A DNA stretch of 64,000 nucleotides, taken from assembly GCA_958009085.1 (NCBI GenBank), contig OY253680.1, positions 620,001 through 684,000 of the forward strand. The letters run 5' to 3'. The position numbers were made by a program, and so were the translations under genes. Origin of the DNA: Protoeuglena noctilucae (Eukaryota). Positions 1 to 14,400 of this stretch are shown in pieces. Within the stretch, counting starts at the first letter, position 1, and every line of letters starts with the position of its first letter. The notes under the pieces are model-generated. The model searched no databases and had not been told where the DNA came from. It worked only from the letters and a program-made list of their open reading frames with translations.

Positions 1-898
1 CGCGCAGGCATCGTGCGGGAACACGGATTCAAGGGCCTGTACCGGGGCCTGGGGGTCACCCTGGCGGAGATAGTGCCTTACGCAGCCTTGCAGGTGCGCC
101 CCGGTGTGCCAGGCAACCCTCGTTCGGCCTCGGCTTGACCAGTCGCTCGCAGCAAGGCTGCGCATCGGTACCTGTCGCAGTCAACACTTCCCGCGATCTC
201 TTGTCTACCGCAGTTTGGTCTGTATGACACGTTTAACCGATGGTACACGAGCGCCACGGACGCGGAGGCTCACCGCGGCCCGCGGTCCGTTGGCGTCTCC
301 AAAGGCGGCGTGTTTCAGCAGTTCGTCTGCGGGCTTGCCGCGGGCATGCTGTCCAAGGTGACGGGCGTTGACAGCCTCACGAGCACTGCGTGGGGTTGCA
401 CGCAGGCAGTGTGTGGGATTGTTGCGTTGGTGGAGGGATAGGAGAGGAGCAGACAGGTTCCGATTCGGTCTCTTCTCGCAGCTGGCGACGCACCCTCTCG
501 ACGTGGTGAAGAAGCGGTACCAAGTGGCCGGCCTGCAGCGGTCGCTTCGATACGGGCAGCGCATCGCAGCTGAGGTGAGGGCGTGATGCGATGCGCCTGC
601 GTGCTGGGTCAGGGTTCCTACCCTTGCTGTCATGTGACGTCGTGGGACATGACAATACGTGGCATGCAACTCTCTTTCATTCATCCCGCAGACGGTCGCA
701 GAGGGCCTGTTGCAGACCGTGCAGGGCATTCTGAGGAAGGAGGGCGTGCAGGGGCTCTACAAGGGCGTGACCCCGAGCCTGATCAAGGCCGCGCCGGCTG
801 CGGCCGTCGTCTTCGTCGTCTACGAGGTCATCGTGGCGCAGCTGGCGCCCGTGATGCTGTTAGAGCACGAATTCCAGCAGTTCCAGCAGGGCAACTGA
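1..898 (+). CDS. Mitochondrial carrier (SLC25), thiamine-diphosphate carrier-like; 3' part, 4 exons in window
   Basis: Exons ~1-93, 214-357, 482-574, 692-898 give ...GLYRGLGVTLAEIVPYAALQFGLYD..., the carrier signature HPLDVVKKRYQVAGLQR..RYG and EGVQGLYKGVTPSLIKAAPAAAV. These resemble plant TPC carriers. Confidence 0.88.
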
Positions 899-972
899 GC
901 CTCTCCCGATGTGTTGTCAGGTTTATCGAGGTTTCTATCCCGCGTTTCTACGCCCGCTGGTCCCGCGAGCCG

Positions 973-1894
973 TCAGGAGAGCACGCGCAGTGACTTGACC
1001 GCGTTTCGCATCGCCGCCATCCCCGGGAAGTCCCCGCCCTCGCACGACTCCCCCTTCTCGCACCGGAACTTGCCATTAGCAATGTAGAGCTTGGACTTGC
1101 TGATGCTCACCGTCGTGAAGAAGCGGTTGGTGCCCCTGCGGCTGGGCCGGACTCACTGCGCTCCCAGGGATGCCATGCCATTGGCGCGAATTGACAGCCG
1201 GCACGTGCCTCACCTCGTGGACTCGACGACGTACTCGAAATCGTAGGCCAGCTGCCCGTCGGGGAGCCTCCGCGACTCCTGGACTTGCAAGTCCACGCTC
1301 AGCGTCCCGTCCTTCGCCTTCTGCGACAATTACAGACCATCCGTTGCCTCTGCACGTTAGTTGGCTCCGTGAGATGGCGCAGGTCGCTAATGCCTCGCGC
1401 ATTACCTCCGCGTCGACAAGCCGCTTGCCCACGTCCGCCTCAGACCCAAACTGCTCCAGGCTCGCCACCCTGACGGGCAAGACGGTCACACCCACGCTGC
1501 TGTACTTCTTGCCAACCTCAAAGTACGCATCCGCGCCAGCCTTGTCTGCGCTAGCGCGGGGAGCTCGCGGCCATCGCCCCCAAACGTTGCGACACCCGAG
1601 GGGCCCAGCGCGTCGATCGGACACAGATCAAACGGCACTTGGTAGCAAGGTACGCAAATCCGCTCGAGATGCATCCTTCCATGCACCTTTCAGCTGCCAT
1701 TCTGCCGGAACTTGGAGCCCAAAGCGCCGCTTGTCGTCCACGAACTCCACCGGCTCGTCCGACGCCCAGGCGGCATTCCCAAGCAGAGGATGGGTGGCAA
1801 CTACCGCCCCAAAGCCAGCGAGTAAGGTGCGGCGACGCGACCCGCAGCAACTCGCGCCACCAGGGGGGGCGGTGCGAGTGCACAGTTGGGCCAT
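973..1894 (-). CDS. PPD2: PsbP-domain thylakoid lumen protein (PPD2-like)
   Basis: Tat-type transit RRRTLL...AWA, then F.LQVPAEW, DKAGADAYFE...VGVTVLPVRVASLEQFGS, AYDFEYVVESTRG, SKLYIANG. About 4 exons; stop at 973-975. Confidence 0.75.
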
Positions 1895-2129
1895 ACCCTG
1901 TCCCGCGATGCAACCAGCCTCTCCCACGATGGGACCTATGATGCGTCAATATGCTTTTTGGCTATTTGCAGAGGGCCGTGATGTGTCATGTGGCTCTCTC
2001 TGGGGGACAAACGGGCACGCCGTAGGCAAGGGCAGTACCCACCCGGCATGTCTGAATTGCCGCACAGCAGAGCCACGCCGGGCGCTTAGTCGGTCGATGG
2101 CAACCCGGGAGGCATCGCGTGGGCGCATC

Positions 2130-4590
2130 ATGGGCGGCCCCACCATGCCTCCCGGCCTCGCGCCCCTTGTCTGGGTGGTGGTGCTGGGCGATTTCGGCCG
2201 CAGTCCGCGGATGATGTACCACACACTGTCACTCGTCGAGCACGGGTTCCGCGTCCACGTCCTTGCCCACCTCGCGACGCAGCCGGGGGCCGAGTTCGTC
2301 GAGAATGTTGAGGCCGGGCGCGTCGCACTCCATGGGTGAGCACGGGAGCTTCCGCGCATTACGCGCACAATGCGGCATGCGTCGCTCGCCGCGAAAAGCT
2401 CAGCAGGTCGGCATTGCAAAGCCCATTGCGTGTTTCACCCGCAGCATCGCGGGCACGCCCCCTTGGATCGATCGGCTGCGGCCGGTGATTGTCGGCAAGT
2501 GTCTCAAAGCGCTCCATCAAGCGCTGACCCTCCTGATCGCGATGCTGTGGACGCTCCCTCGCCCCACCCTCCTCCTGCTTCAGGTGCCGATCTCGGGGTA
2601 TACGCAAACCCAAACACCAACTTCTGCAGATATTGACCGCCTGCGATTCCATCTGCATCGCACGCTGTTGTCCTCCGCACCCGACCGCGGTGCAGGTGCC
2701 CCCTGCGCTGCCGACCCTTCTCATCTGCTGGCTCGCCTCCCGCGTGCGCCGATCCCGCTTCGTAGCCGACTGGCATAACACAGGTAAGTTGCTGGATCAC
2801 TTGACGCGGGAACCTCGCGCGATGTGCGGGTCTCCAGCCAGGAATGACGCGCCCAACATGCGTCTCTGTGCAGCATGCTCCCTCATGGCGCTCTCTCTTG
2901 GTCCCCGGCACGCCCTCGTTCGCGCGGCGTCGTGGTACGAACGCACCTTCTCACGTCTCCCCGACGCCAACCTGACCGTGGTGAGCCAGCTGTGCCCAGA
3001 CCCATCCATCCTGGCTGCACCTGCCACAAGCCACAAACCAATCTAGGTCTCCTGTTCGCAGACCCACGCGATGGCCCAGCTCCTCCGCGACGAGTGGCTC
3101 GTGCGCAGCCCCGTCGCAGTCCTGCACGACCGCCCTCATAAGCGCTTCTACCCCCGCCCCCACGCCAACCACGCCGCGCTGTTCGCTCGGCTGTCACCGG
3201 ACCTCGCCCGGCCATCCCTATCGCGCGGTGACTTCCTCAGTGACCTCGTCGCGAGCGCCGAGGGAGATGCCGGCCGAGCGTACCAGTCGCACTTTGTGAC
3301 GGCGGCACCAGCACCGGGGCAACCAGGAGCCCAGGGGCACGCTTCATCCAAGGACGTGGTTCTGGCAGTTTCAAGCACGTCCTGGACGCCAGACGAGGAT
3401 TTCTCGGTCATGTTTGAGGCGCTGGATCTGTACGACCGGCAGCAGTCTGCGCGAGCAAGCACGGGGCGACCCTTGGTGAGCGATGGGGGCTGCGAGGGGG
3501 TCGTGGTGGGTGCGTGGACTGGTGAGCGATGGAAGCTGTGAGGGGGTCATTGCGGGTGCATGGGTGCACTCACACTGTGAGGGGTCGGATGGCATGTAAA
3601 GCGATGCTCCCAGCCACCGCGTCGCATCTTGCAGCCGCGTCTGGCCGTGTTTGTGACTGGGAGGGGACCGATGCGCGCGGAGTTCGAGGAGCGAGTACGG
3701 GGAGCTGCGTGGAAGGTGAGGGGCGCAGGGAACAGTGACGGTGACGTACGCAATACAGCGCACAGTGTCACTGACTGGGTGGCCCAGTCAGTGGGCCACA
3801 GTCTAACACGGCTATAGCATGGCATAGCAACTGGGTGAGCACCCAGGTCCTCTCTTTGTGACAGAACAGCATCTCGCTGCTTCTCGCACGCAGAGCGTGG
3901 CAGTGCGGTTCCTGTGGCTGCAGCCAGAGGACTGCCCGGTCCTCCTGTCAGCGGCGTTGTTGGGGGTGAGCCTGCACACGTCGTCCTCAGGGCGCGACTT
4001 GCCCATGAAGGCGCTCGACATGCTGGGGAGCGGCGCGCCCGTTCTGTCGCGGCGGTTCGCGTGCGTCGACGAGCTCATACGCGGTGAGAGGACGCAGCAG
4101 CATATATGGCGGGCTATCTGCTGCTGCGCAGTGTAACGGGGCATGCTCAGCCCTGCCCGTCCCGTGCATGACACACCACACCTCCTGTGGCAGCGTCGAG
4201 GCTAGTGTGGCATCGCCGGAATAGCAAAGCTTGGCCTCCCGTGCGTGGCAAAGCAACACACGGGAAGCGCAGCGTGGGAAGACCGTCTGACCGTTTGACC
4301 GTCTGGCACTGCCCGCAGATGGCGAGAACGGGCGTCTGTTTGATACGGGAGAGGAGCTGGGGGTGCTGCTGGTATCGCTGCTCACGGGTGGCGGTGGAAG
4401 TGATGGCGATGGTGGAGGTGGTGGTGGTGGTGATGGCGATGGTGGTGGTGTCGACGTGGGACGCTTCGCATCGCTGCAGCAGCTGAGGGCGAACGTGCAG
4501 CGACACCCCACGGCGCCTTGGGGCACCGAATGGGCCGCCCACGCCCTACCGCTGCTGCAAGGTGTGGGGTCTTATGCAGGCACAACGTGA
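2130..4590 (+). CDS. ALG1: Chitobiosyldiphosphodolichol beta-mannosyltransferase
   Basis: Motifs VVVLGDFGRSPRMMYH, ADWHN, VLHDRP, VSSTSWTPDEDFS, GVSLHTSSSGRDLPMKALDMLG, GENGRLF across ~8 exons. Confidence 0.93.
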
Positions 4591-5110
4591 ACTGTAAGCG
4601 AGCGTGAAGTAGCATGCAGGCACAGTGTGAACTGTAAGCAAGCGTGAAGTGCCAATCTATGACCTATGTTAGCGGGGCTAACATAGGGGACGACGCTCCC
4701 GCGACCATGACTGTGCTCCACCAAACCCAGCCGGCCCGCTGTGCTGCAACGCCACCCCGCATGTCCACCGCTTTCCGATACCGGTTACGCAGCGCCTGCC
4801 AGGCCAGGGCGGCCTCCGCAGCTGCGCCGGCCGTGGACTGCAGCTCAGGTCACCTTGCATGACGCCTCTCCACACCGCCTCACTGCACGCGGCCTGTCCA
4901 GCGCACCACCCAGGGCGGCCACCCTGGCCGCACCCACGTTCCCTGCCAAACCACCTGCCAACAGGGCGCATTTGCCATTGCAGGTGAGCCAGTGTGCGAC
5001 GTTCAGAAGACTTTGCTCACGGCGTCAATCATGCACCTATACCCATTTCAAACGCGAACAGACACATGTAAACGTGTCAAAACCTCAATGTGGCTTCTGG
5101 CTTTCAAATT

Positions 5111-8100
5111 TCAGCTTTGGAAGTGGAGTACCGTGTCGCAGGCGATAAGGGCTTTCCTCACTGCGGGGAACGACGGCAGCCGACGCAATCACACATCACC
5201 CATGGCCATTGACGCTGCCACCGCCGTGTCTCATAACACAACACTCCCTCACAACAACACTCCGTCCCCACCACACTCCCTCACCACCTCCCTCACGACC
5301 ACACCCCCTCACCTGCCTCCACCGTGGACCGTTCCACCCCCGCCGCCAGCATCTCTCGTACAAACGCCGCGTCCCCCAGCGGCGGTGCGGGTGAGGCCGA
5401 CGGACCCACGCCCGGTCTCACGACACCCGCCACGTCTTTGACCCCGCCATCTGCAACAGCTGTCGCCTTCGGAGACGTCGCCGTCGCATCAACCGCGGTC
5501 CCTTTAGCGCCCTTCGCACCCCCACCACCATCGCCAGCCCCAGCTTTGGCGCTCTTTGCACCCCCACCATCGCCAGCCCCAGCCCCAGCTCTAGCACCCT
5601 TCGCACCCCCACCATCACCATCGCCAGCCCCAGCCTTAGCGCCCTTTGCCCTCACATCGCCTCCCACACGTACTCTGCTGCCCTTCCCCACCTCATCAGC
5701 CTCCACCTTAGCCCCCGCCTTGCTTGATGGCGCTGCCAGTGGCGCACCGCCACTCTTGGCACCACCGACACTCTCACCCTTCCCAACCCCAGCCCTTCCT
5801 TTGCCGCTCTGCGACGGCACCCTTGCACCTCGGGAGGACCCCTTACTCCCCACCAGTTTCAACACAGCCCCCTCCGCACCCTCTTGTCGTACCCCGCCCC
5901 TTGCCTCCCTCACGGGCTCCCTCACCCGCCCCTCTCCACCCGCAGATGCCCCACGCCCCACCAGCCCCGGTCTAACACCCCTCACTTTCTTCCCCACCCC
6001 ATCCGCCCCCTCCTCTTCCCCCCCGCTACCCACCCCCATCGCTCGCAGCGCTTCCCACACCCTCCGCGCCTCCCTCGCCACCGAACCCCCCCCTGACGCA
6101 GCGTCAGACCCCGTGTCAGAATCCGTGTCGGTGCCCAGCGCCCCAAGCGCCTCCCTCACCGCCCCGAACGCCCCCACCGTCTCGCGCAGAGCCCCGAATC
6201 GACCCCCAGCCCCCCCGGCCCCTGAGTCAGCCCCGTGGTCAGGCGCCAGAACCGCGCGGGGTCTCCCCGACGCCATCGCCACCTCGTCTTGCCGGTACCC
6301 GTGGCCCCACTCGACGCAGTGGCCCTGGTGACGACTGGCCACGTCGAAACGGGGCTCTGCTCTACTTCCACCCCATGTATCAACATGCCTATCACCACCC
6401 CACTTATCATCGCGCCAACCACCACCCCTCCCCCTCCGCTCCCCTCGCCCCCGCCTGGTCTCCTCTGCCCCCCCAGAGTGGTACTCCCACACTGCTGCCT
6501 CGCCCAGCCCACCCACGCTCCTGCTCATCGCCTCCCTTTGAGACGCACCCCTATGTTCTCTCATGGTGTCTTTGACCGATGGGCTATCGACTCCATTGAC
6601 GTGAACCGCAGATGCATCACGCCCTTCACCGTACCCCTCATTTCCCTCATCTCCCTCACCACCCTCACCCCCCCAAAGCGACGCCCCTTGTGCTCCTTCC
6701 TCACTCATCAAGTCACCCTCTCTCCTGAAATCTCCCCCACCCTCACTGCCACCCCCGGTCTCCCCATCCCCACCCCCTCGCCCCCTCCCACCCGCCCAAC
6801 CCCCCCGCATCACCTCCCACAGCCGCCGCTCCTCCCCCCACTCCGCCCGCGCCCTCGCCTCCCGCACCCGCAGCTCCGTCAGCTCAAACGCCAAAGACTG
6901 CAGCTCCGGGGCGATCGCCAGAAACGCGGTGCGCTCGGACAGGGTCATACCCACCCGGTGCAGGCGGCGGAGCAGGTCCATGCGGGGGTTCTGCATTGGA
7001 AAGGGCACTAATCGAATCTTTTTCATATTTTGTATAGAGAGAGATTCGATGATAGGGCATCGTTTGGTGTATCGGGAAGGAATGCTTGCTGAGGATGACT
7101 CAACCCACACCAGTCACGGGCATGTGGTCTGTCACTACCGCCCCTCACCTCATCTCTCCCATCGCACGCCACCCACGCCAGCATCGCATCGATCGCCTCG
7201 TCCATCGCATCGCCCTTGCTCTCTTTGCCACGAATCGAACCGTTGACCCCCGCGCCCTCCGTCCCCTCATCGTCATCACCCCCCGCTCCCCTGCTACCCC
7301 CCTCTCGCATCTCTGTGCCACGATCGCTACTATCGCCATCTGACAAAAGAGACGAGTCACTGCTTGTGACATCAGACGTAGACACATCCTCACTGCTCCC
7401 GCTCCCCACTTCATCCCCCTGATGCCTTTGCCTAGAATTGAACCCTTGACCTCCTCTCCCAGCCTTCCCAGTGGCACCGGCAGCAGGGCCCAGCCGCGAG
7501 GGAGCGAGCGTGTTTGCAGCCGCACCAGCCCCAGCTCCAGCACCCCTCGCATACACAGGGGCAGAAGCAGGGGCAAGAGCTGAGTGGCTGTCGTTGTGTT
7601 GGGGAGGGGCAGGAGCTGAGGGGCGGTTGTCATGTCGGGTGCTTGGTTGGGACAAGTTCCCACCCATCGCATCCCACAGCGACCCAGCCGCTGCCTCCGC
7701 AAGGCTGGGAGGCAATGGGGTGTCGCGAGTGTCTTTAGTAGCGCTGAGGCTGGGACCGCTGATGTCCTTAGTACAACTGAGGCTGGGACGCGATGGGGTG
7801 TTGGTAGTCTCCTTGGCCTTAGCACCACCCATCGCCATCGCCTGGCCCTCCGTGCCACCCCTTGCACTTGATGCCGCCTGCCCTTTGCTGTCAGTGCCCC
7901 TCGCACTTGATGCTACCTCCCCCTTGCCCCCTTTTGAATCCCTCCCAAGCCCCATCGGCACCCCCACCCGCTTCGCCCCTCGCACCACCACCGCCTCCAC
8001 AGCACCTGCCCCCTCGCCGCCCATGCCAGCTCTCACCCCCTGTCTCTCACCACCCACATCCCCTCCCACCCCCCTCTCACTCCCGTCCCTGCCACTGTGG

Positions 8101-10803
8101 CTGTCGCCTTTGCTCACGCTCTGTGCAGCACGTCGCGTGCGGCGCATCGTGGCCCGTTCCCTTGCGTCATTCATGGCCAGGCAGTCCCTCACAAAAACGT
8201 CGCGGCAAGCGTCACGCGCCGCGTTCAGCCTGCGAGGAGGTTGCGAGGAGGAGGGTAGCTAACTCTGGGTCACAGTAAAGCAAGAGATGGCAGGTGTGTC
8301 TGCGGTAGTATCTAACTGGTGCTATCTGTTCGGTTTGGGAAGGCTCGTCACATCCATAACCACACCTAGTGAGCTCTGCCATGCTAGCTTCATAGCTCAA
8401 AGCAAGCGTCCACTCGCCTCTGGTCTGCCAGGGCGTACGCGGATGCACGGTCATGGGTCGCCTGCACATTGAGAAAGAGGATAGGGTTACCACTGCGCGC
8501 AAGCTGTGCCAAACGTGCTCTGCCGGGACCCCACCATCACCGCTCGCCTGTATCTCCGCCCGCATGGCCGCCCGCTCCTCGTTGGTCATCCTCTGCGCCT
8601 GCCGGTTGACCTTGCTGCGCCACAGGGCCCTCATGGTTTCCTGCTGCCGTGCGGCGCGCATGTGCTGCGTCGCCAACTGGCGCAGGCGGTGGGACAGGTG
8701 CAGGCACTCTGAGGGCGGGGTGAATAAATGAAACCAAAGTGAATACTACTGCAAGACTTCTCGTGCTGACCATTTACATACCCTTCTTAACACCCTCATG
8801 CCCATGGCGATCTCAAACCCCATCCCACCAAGCACTACCCACCAACCCCCATCATACCCCCACCGCATCCCTCACCGACCCTGTCCCGTGGGTCCACCGC
8901 CAGCGCCACCATGCGATCGGCGAAATCCACCATGTCTCCCAGATTCATCCCCTCGAAACGAGCCAGACCCGCACGCTGCCCCTCGTCCAGCAGACCCTCT
9001 GCGCCCTCTTCTGAAACAGGGCCTCCCTCTCTCACTGAACGCACGGCGTGATGCCCCTCGTCCCGCAGACCCTCGACGGCACCCTCTCCCTCTCTCTCTC
9101 TGGTGTGTCTCACAGCACCCTGCTCAGCCCCCAACGCCACCTCAGGGTCTTCCCCAGCCATGGACAGCTCAGCCTCGGCCCATCGCTCATCCTCTACCTC
9201 CGCCTCGGCCTCGGCCGGACCCAGGAACACGCTGTCAGCGCCACTGTCAGTATTAGTGTCAGAATCGTCGGACCAGGACCCAGCGTCGGCAGCGCCGCTC
9301 CCCGGGGTGGCCCCCGTCGCTTGCGAAGCGACAGCCGGGTCCACACCCGCGCGCCGTGCGGCCCGCTCCCGCATTCTGGCAAACATCTCTCTCCTCTCAA
9401 CGGTGGTGGACGGCGCTGTGCCCGTGCCTGCGCCATGCAACAGCCCCCGCACCGCCCTCGCCCCCTCCGACAGCAGTCGCGCCCGCTGCGCCGCCACGCG
9501 CGACTCCCGCGTTCCTCTGGCTGCCCCATCATCCACCGTCGTTGCGGCTGCCGGCATGCTGATTGGCGACACGGCAGCTGCTGTTACAGCCGCTGCCACC
9601 CTTCCCCGGCCCAGCCACACGGCAGACGCAGAGACCCCAGGGCCACCCCCACGCCACGCTGCCCCGGCTTGCAATGCCAACGGCGCCCTGCCTTGCCCCA
9701 CCGCACCCACACCCGCACCCGCACCTGCACCCGCACCTACACCCACACCCGCACCCGCACCCACGCGCGTTGCTTGGGAATGGAGCCCCACCGCCGCCCG
9801 CAGCGCTGCCAGCGCCTCGTCGCCCGCAGGGACATGAAAGCGACCGGGGAGCATGGAGCCAAATGGCACTCTGCTGCTACCTTGTGTGATAACGGAGCTC
9901 AGTGGTACCACCCCATGGCTGTTCTGTGCAATAACACCATCGTCTTGTTTGATCCGCGCCTGTGCCCTGGCCTCCGCCGTTTCTGCGAAGTGCCGTCCGC
10001 ACTGCCGGTCCCGCCACGACCGCTCCCGCGCCACCTTGGCACGTACCTTAGCCCTGCGAGGGGGGTTGGTGATTGGGATGAGGGGCCATTACCATGGACA
10101 GTGAGCACGACTGAGTGTGGTAGTGGCGATTGGCGATTTGCTAGTGATATGGCCGTTGGCAGCGGTAATGGGTGGCCGTCGTCACGCCCGCACCCCCACC
10201 CCACACCCCCGCACCTCACGCAATCCCTGCACATGCCATCCACGGCGTCTCGCACCGCCATCCCCCGTTCCTGTGCCTCCCTCAGCCGCGCCCTCCTCAG
10301 CCGCAGCCACTGCTGGTCTCGCAGCCGCACCGATCGTTCTTCCTCCACAGCACGCCTTCGCAAGTCCGCCATCTGCCGAGCCCGGCGGCGCTGCATGTCC
10401 ATCGGACCGAACTCTGCGAAAGGGACAGCGACAAAAGCGGTGTGTTGCGGTCACCCACTGTCGTGCGCATGCATGCTGCTTCACCTAGCTAGCGGGGGTG
10501 CGACTCACGGCGAGGTGCGTTTCGGTCAGATGGTGAGTCGGGGCCGGGTCCGGCGTCCTGCGCCTGGCTGAGGGCAGCGGCACGTGAGAGGGGCGCCCAT
10601 TCTGCAGGCCGCTTGGTATTATGACCATGATGGGCGGTCCCGGCCGGGAGCGACAACGTGGCAGACTGGGTAGACTTCTGATCCCGCGGCTGTGCACCAT
10701 CGGGCTCGTTCTGCTCAGATAGCGCGTCTTGTCGCTTGATTCGCTGGTGGAGCTCGAGCAGAGGCAAGACGGGAAACCAGGGCTTTCGGAGGGGCTTGGT
10801 CAT
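5111..10803 (-). CDS. Large low-complexity (Gly/Ala/Glu/Arg-rich) hypothetical protein with helical/coiled-coil segments; 3' end uncertain
   Basis: Frame-consistent exon chain from ATG 10803 (MTKPLRKPWF) through QFGPMDMQRRRARQ, RAKVRAKVARER, ECLHLSHRLRQL, ATHDRASAYALADQR, LNAARDACRDVF, NPRMDLLRRLHR. Two GC donors (8547, 8417). No recognisable domain. Confidence 0.6.
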
Positions 10804-11414
10804 CGCTCCCGACGCGTGGTGCGCGACGTGCGAAGGGATGGGCGTGTTGGTCGGCACGATGGGGTCGCGACTGCGATCGAAACGATGCGGAGAGCGTGTA
10901 AATGAGACGCGTTCGCGCATGCGTGCGTGAGAGAAACTCAATTTCCATGCCAAGCATAGGCAACATCGCTGCTCTCTCCGCGCCGTCCCCGTCGCGCTGG
11001 CCCCCGCTGCGTTCTCGTCATTGCGAGTGTCCCGAGCGCGGGCCGTCTTTGGTCGACGCGCGGTCTCCATGGCTTGCAGCAATGCCCCTCAGATGCGCCG
11101 TGGCATGGCGGCTCATTCAGCGAAGTCCATGTCGCCCGTCGGTGACCGGACTGCGTCAACAGTCATGCAGGACTCGCGAAGCAGGGAACAGCTCCGGCGT
11201 CACGACAGCCAGGATGCCCGACTCCAGTTGCGCCAGTGGTGGGGCTCGTGAGCTCACAACCGCGCGCCGGAAGCCGTCCCCGCTCCAGAGATGCAGAGGG
11301 TGCTTGTTGCAGCGCTAGAACCCATACCTTCCTTGCTAGGCGGTGCCCACAGATTCGTGCTAACCAAACCATGCACGCCGACTAGTGCGGGATGAGGTGG
11401 AGGCGTGCGGCATC

Positions 11415-14400
11415 ATGAGGGGAAGAGGGAGAGTGCTTTGCGGCCACTCGGTGGCCCTCGCGCTCGCGGCCCTCGTGCTCGCGGCGCTCTGCTGCTTCTC
11501 CGCTGAGGCGACCACGCGAGGCCTGAAGACGTCGATCCCGCAGCCATGGGGCCCGGTAAGAGGTTTTATATCATGTTGAGAGCCTGAATTACCCGGCGCG
11601 GTCTCGTAGCCCACGTTTGGCTCGCCAGGGGGATGCGAATGCAGCACAGGATGCGAGCGCGTCGTGCGAGCTACGGGCTCGTCGCCGATGCCTATGGGGC
11701 TCAGCACGTCGTCACCATCTGCGTCGCTGTCGAACCACTCCCCAACACTGCCCCGGCGCCGCTTCCTCGCGCGCGCCCACTGCCCTCGTTCCGGTTGCAT
11801 TCGTATTCGGCCCCGGACTCGACTGGTCACGCGCGCGCAAGCAGTAGCGGATATCCGATTCCGCTGTTGGTACATGAGCGCGTGCGCCGACCTCACCGGC
11901 GCCCCCGACGCGCCGCCCGCAGATTCAGGTCGCGGCCTCCATCACCGACAACCGGAACCCGTCCCAGGGGGCCGCGACGTGCGTGATGGACAACTTCGCC
12001 GGAACGACGAAGTGCTGGGGCAACTACCCGTATCTGGGCATCGCGCAGGACTCCACCGTCGGAGCGGGTGAGTGGAAGAGAGACGGCGCTGTGGACTGAG
12101 TGGGTGCAATCGCCCACGCGGAGCGCGCGCGCCGCATCTCCTGCGCTCGGCGACCTCTCTTATTCAACACAGGACTGGGCGACGCGGCGAATGAGGTCGT
12201 GCAGTCGATGCCGCGCACGGGCGCGCCCGTGAACGGCGTCAACATCGCGAAAATCGTCCCCGCGGGCTCCACGTCGTGCGCGCTGATGACCGACGGGACC
12301 ATCCAATGCTTTGGATCGAACTCCTTCGGTGCGCTGGGGGTCGGCTCCCGGTCCTCGCCCAGGTGCGGAGAAATCGCGGAGCGTATTTGCGACAACGTTC
12401 GCCCCTCCGCCCCGCCGCGCCCACTGCCCCGGCCGGTCCTCGCAGGTGGGACAAGATGAGCGGGAGCAGTTTGAGTTTGACGAACGTGGACCTGGGCGGC
12501 CGCGTCGCGGTGGATTTGGTGGGGGCGGATGCGTCTTTCTGTGCCATTCTGTCCGCGGGCACCGTGGCCTGCTGGGGCAAGTCAGGTGACCTGAGTGGGG
12601 GTGCGATGTTGAAGATGCTAGATGCATCGTCATTTGCATAGACTCCCGTAATGCTCGTCATGCTCGTCCCGCCCGCAGCACCCAACACCAACGGCCGCAC
12701 GGGCACGGGCGGCATCGCCCCGCTGGGCGGCTCCCGGATCCTGTCCTCCAACTCTGCCTACTGCTCCCTCTACGCGCCCGCGGGAACGGTGAGGGTCACG
12801 AACGTGCTACTGTAAATGTGACATGGCGCGTCGCACTGAAGGACACGAGGTCGCCATGGCAAGCGGTTGTGCTTTTATGTACAGAGCCCAGTGAATCACA
12901 TCTCGCCTTTCCATATCTGATGATACACCTGTTAGTAACACTCTCCACTCGCACCCCTCTCTCCATCTCACAAGCCCGCATCTCCCTCATCCCCACCCAC
13001 CCACGCTCGCTCCCCAACGCAGACCAACTCGTGCACCGGCAACGGCTGCGGCATCTGCATCCAGAACCTCCCTCAGCAGTACTCGAGCGACGACGCCCCC
13101 GCCATCTACATCGGCCTCTCCGACCAGCCCACATACGGATTCGCGGTGTCGCACCGATTCGATTGGGCGACCGTTGGGTCGGGCATCTCGGACGGCGGCA
13201 CGCTGGTCAACATCGGTGGGTTGGACATCGTGAGTTTGCTGAAGAGGGATGCGGCGACGGGGGCAGAGCTGGACTGGTACCTGCAATCGTCGGCGCTGCC
13301 CACCCTGGCCGGGAAGGTGTGGCCGTACGTGCCGGGGTCGGCGTCCAAGCCCACCTCCTTCGCGCTCATATCAGGCGAGTAGGTGTGGGTGGGTGGGTAT
13401 AGGTGTATGGCCACCTCCTTTGACCTCAGAGCAAACTGTGTGTCACTTCGACGCACCTGCATCACACGTCTGCATCCCCTCGTCTCGCTCCCTCCCTCCC
13501 TCACTCACTCGCCCACCCAATCTTCGATCTCACTTTTACCATTTACTCCCCACTCCCCTTCCAGAGATCTCCCCGGTCTCCGTGTGGAGCGAGGCCCTCA
13601 AGCGCTTCACGGGCCCCCTCCCCAACGGCGCCAATGGAGTGCCATTCATGGTGGCAGATCCGCAGTACAGCAACCGAGTCGGGAAGGTGTATCTGTTCGC
13701 GTGGAACGGCACCGCCACGGCGCCCACGCCGCTGTTTGGGGCCAGCGGGGAGGTCGACCCCAGGCGAGTGCGAATGGGGGTGTATGGTGTGTGGGGGTGT
13801 GTTGATGGGTGCTGCCATGGGTGGTGTGTGGGTGTGCTATTGGCTGATGTGTGAATGTGTTGTGCTGTCAGCCAGTCCCTCTTTCCCCTCTCACTGTCAC
13901 CCACTCTCGGCCTCCCCCCAATCGCAGCGCATTGCTCTCCACTTCCCAATACGAGCCCAACGGCCAGTTCGGCCTCTCTCTGGCCGTGGACGGGGGCGAC
14001 GGCCAGGGCGGCTACACGTTCGTCTTCGGGGCCCCCGGCATCCGCATCGGTGGCAACAAGGGCCAGGTATTCGTCATGCGGCTCTATAGCGACGGATCCT
14101 GGCAGAACCTGACGCCGCTTGAGGATCCCGTCAACTCGACCGTGCTGTTGTCAGGCGGGGCGTTTGGGTCGTCGGTCGCGATCAGCGCGGATGGGCTGCT
14201 GTTGGTGGTTTCCGATATCAATGCGGATAGCAGTGGGGGGACGACGAGAGTGGGGGTGGTGCGGGTGTACGCCAGGGCGAGCGTCGGGACCAGCGCGGCG
14301 CCCGTGGCATTCACGCTCGTGACGGCGGTGAGGGGGGTGTGGGTGGGGGTTGATGTGATGTGATGGTGTGTCGAGTGGTGTGTGGCACCTCTGCCTTTGT

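Noticed and set aside
3769..3793. Perfect 11-bp hairpin CACTGACTGGG-tgg-CCCAGTCAGTG in an ALG1 intron
   Set aside because: Isolated and short, with no TSD or second copy to support a MITE or structured RNA.
5324..10571. Long plus-strand ORFs (5324-6331, 6235-7011, 7471-8262, 9048-10571)
   Set aside because: Antisense to the frame-consistent minus-strand exon chain; stop codons are scarce at high GC.
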